Below are positions 62,753 through 64,000 of a DNA stretch of 64,000 bases, piece by piece (the first letter of the stretch is position 1; the number at the start of each line of letters is the position of its first letter). The translations under genes were made by a program, and so were the position numbers. The notes below the pieces were generated by a model that was not told where the DNA came from, ran no database searches, and was given only the letters and a program-made list of their open reading frames with translations. Source of the stretch: Phoronis australis (lineage: Eukaryota > Animalia > Phoronida); the NCBI GenBank assembly GCA_002633005.1, contig NMRA01000535.1:87850-151849 (forward strand). Direction: 5' to 3'.

Positions 62753-64000
62753 TGCTGGCTACGGGCCTGAGTAAGCCGTTAAGCGTTCGCGTTTCAAAGT
62801 AACGAAAAACGAACAAGTAAGGCAAACACCCAAAATGACTGTTTTTAAAATTGGAAAGTAAATATTAGTCGTCTTCAAATGTTTAACTGTATAGCATGTA
62901 CTGTCACAAAACAAATTTTCAACACTTGTACCTACACAGCTACATAGCCTACTATTACTTATTACTAACCTGCAAGGGAATCTTCTTTGTGAACACCTGT
63001 GATGTTCAAAGGTTGGCGGCAAGTTGGGGTTAGTGAATTTTCTATAGGAAGGGGTGAAGGATTACATCAAATCAGCAAGAAACACCCCTTAGCACAATAT
63101 AATACGATAACAAAGAATCCATTAAAATATTCTGTGAAACAGGGATAAATTTCGGCATTAGTAAAGATTATGTTACAATTTCGTACCTATTACTGAAAGT
63201 TTTATAGCCTTTCACCCGAGAAAATACAGTGAACTCTTCTAATTACCAAGTTATATTTATTAAAATAATTCAGAACACAAAATATCAATTTTAAGATATA
63301 TCAACTCCATTTTATATTCTAAATTTGTTAACTAATAATTTTGAGACAATTTGTAGCTTCTGTTAGGCCTAAATTTTGATTTTCTCATAAAGGTTTTGAG
63401 GCTTCTTAATCATCCAATCACAATCTGATAATATCGGTTACTGCCTTAATGTCAACAAATGGAGGTGACTTCCAAGTTCCACGTCATTTTGTCCAGGTTT
63501 TCGTAGTTGATGTCATTTTACAAGACATTTAGAGGTGCATATTGTTATCGGCATACGCTTTAAGGAGTTTAAGGGCCATGAATATCTGTGACTTCAGAGG
63601 GACGAAAGGCCGTGAGCGGTGAGTGTCTTGACAGGGCTCGACATAACGAGCTGCAGGTCGCATTTGCGACCTGAAATTTGGAAATGCGAGCTGAGATTTT
63701 TGTCAGCTCGTATAAAGTCGCAAAATGCGACCTGGAATTTCCAACGAATGCGAGCTGAGTTTTTACACTTCTCAACAGATACCTGGCAAATACAAAGCAG
63801 CTCTTGTTAATCCGACCGTTATTTGGTTGTTGCCAAATACAAGTTCAAAAGAACACTAACCGAGAACAGGCCTCCCGATGACTTGTAAGCAAGTCGCGTG
63901 AACATGGGATATGCAGAATCGATCTTTGACGCGTTTCATTGGCTAACACTTTCGGCCACTTTTGTAAATTCCCGGATTCGCCGAAGAAAGTTTCGGGCCA

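Noticed and set aside
63569-64000. Kolobok-like left end (TTAA-GGG) or the CEP44 promoter
   Set aside because: No partner TIR in the window and no evidence locating the first exon.

Overview
Repeat-rich, AT-rich animal genomic DNA. The TE repertoire suggests a marine invertebrate, probably a lophotrochozoan such as a mollusc (inference). It is not prokaryotic, and most short ORFs in the track are noise or repeat translations. Four host genes can be read. (1) The last four coding exons of an unidentified plus-strand gene (<1-6121). (2) An ANKRD63/ANKRD34-like ankyrin gene with a single coding exon, nested antisense inside one intron of that gene. (3) A ~473-aa coiled-coil gene with a single coding exon (27654-29075, minus). 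(4) A nine-coding-exon CEP44 orthologue (60989->33800, minus, 379 aa by manual splicing) with a GC-AG intron. CEP44 introns carry a Kolobok element, a 6.9-kb Academ-type element with nested insertions, Helentron-type HINEs (one inside a splice-acceptor tract), a Gypsy 3' fragment with LTR, an RTE LINE and minisatellites starting inside splice donors. The intergenic region holds IS3EU-like, Penelope (with hammerhead-like motifs), HERO and L1/Tx1 remnants. All calls are by eye; no searches were run. No wholly new system can be proven. The best leads are the nested gene pair, TE/satellite remodelling of CEP44 splice sites, a possible circle-junction copy of a Crypton-like element, an X-box-like tandem array and a candidate secreted peptide.
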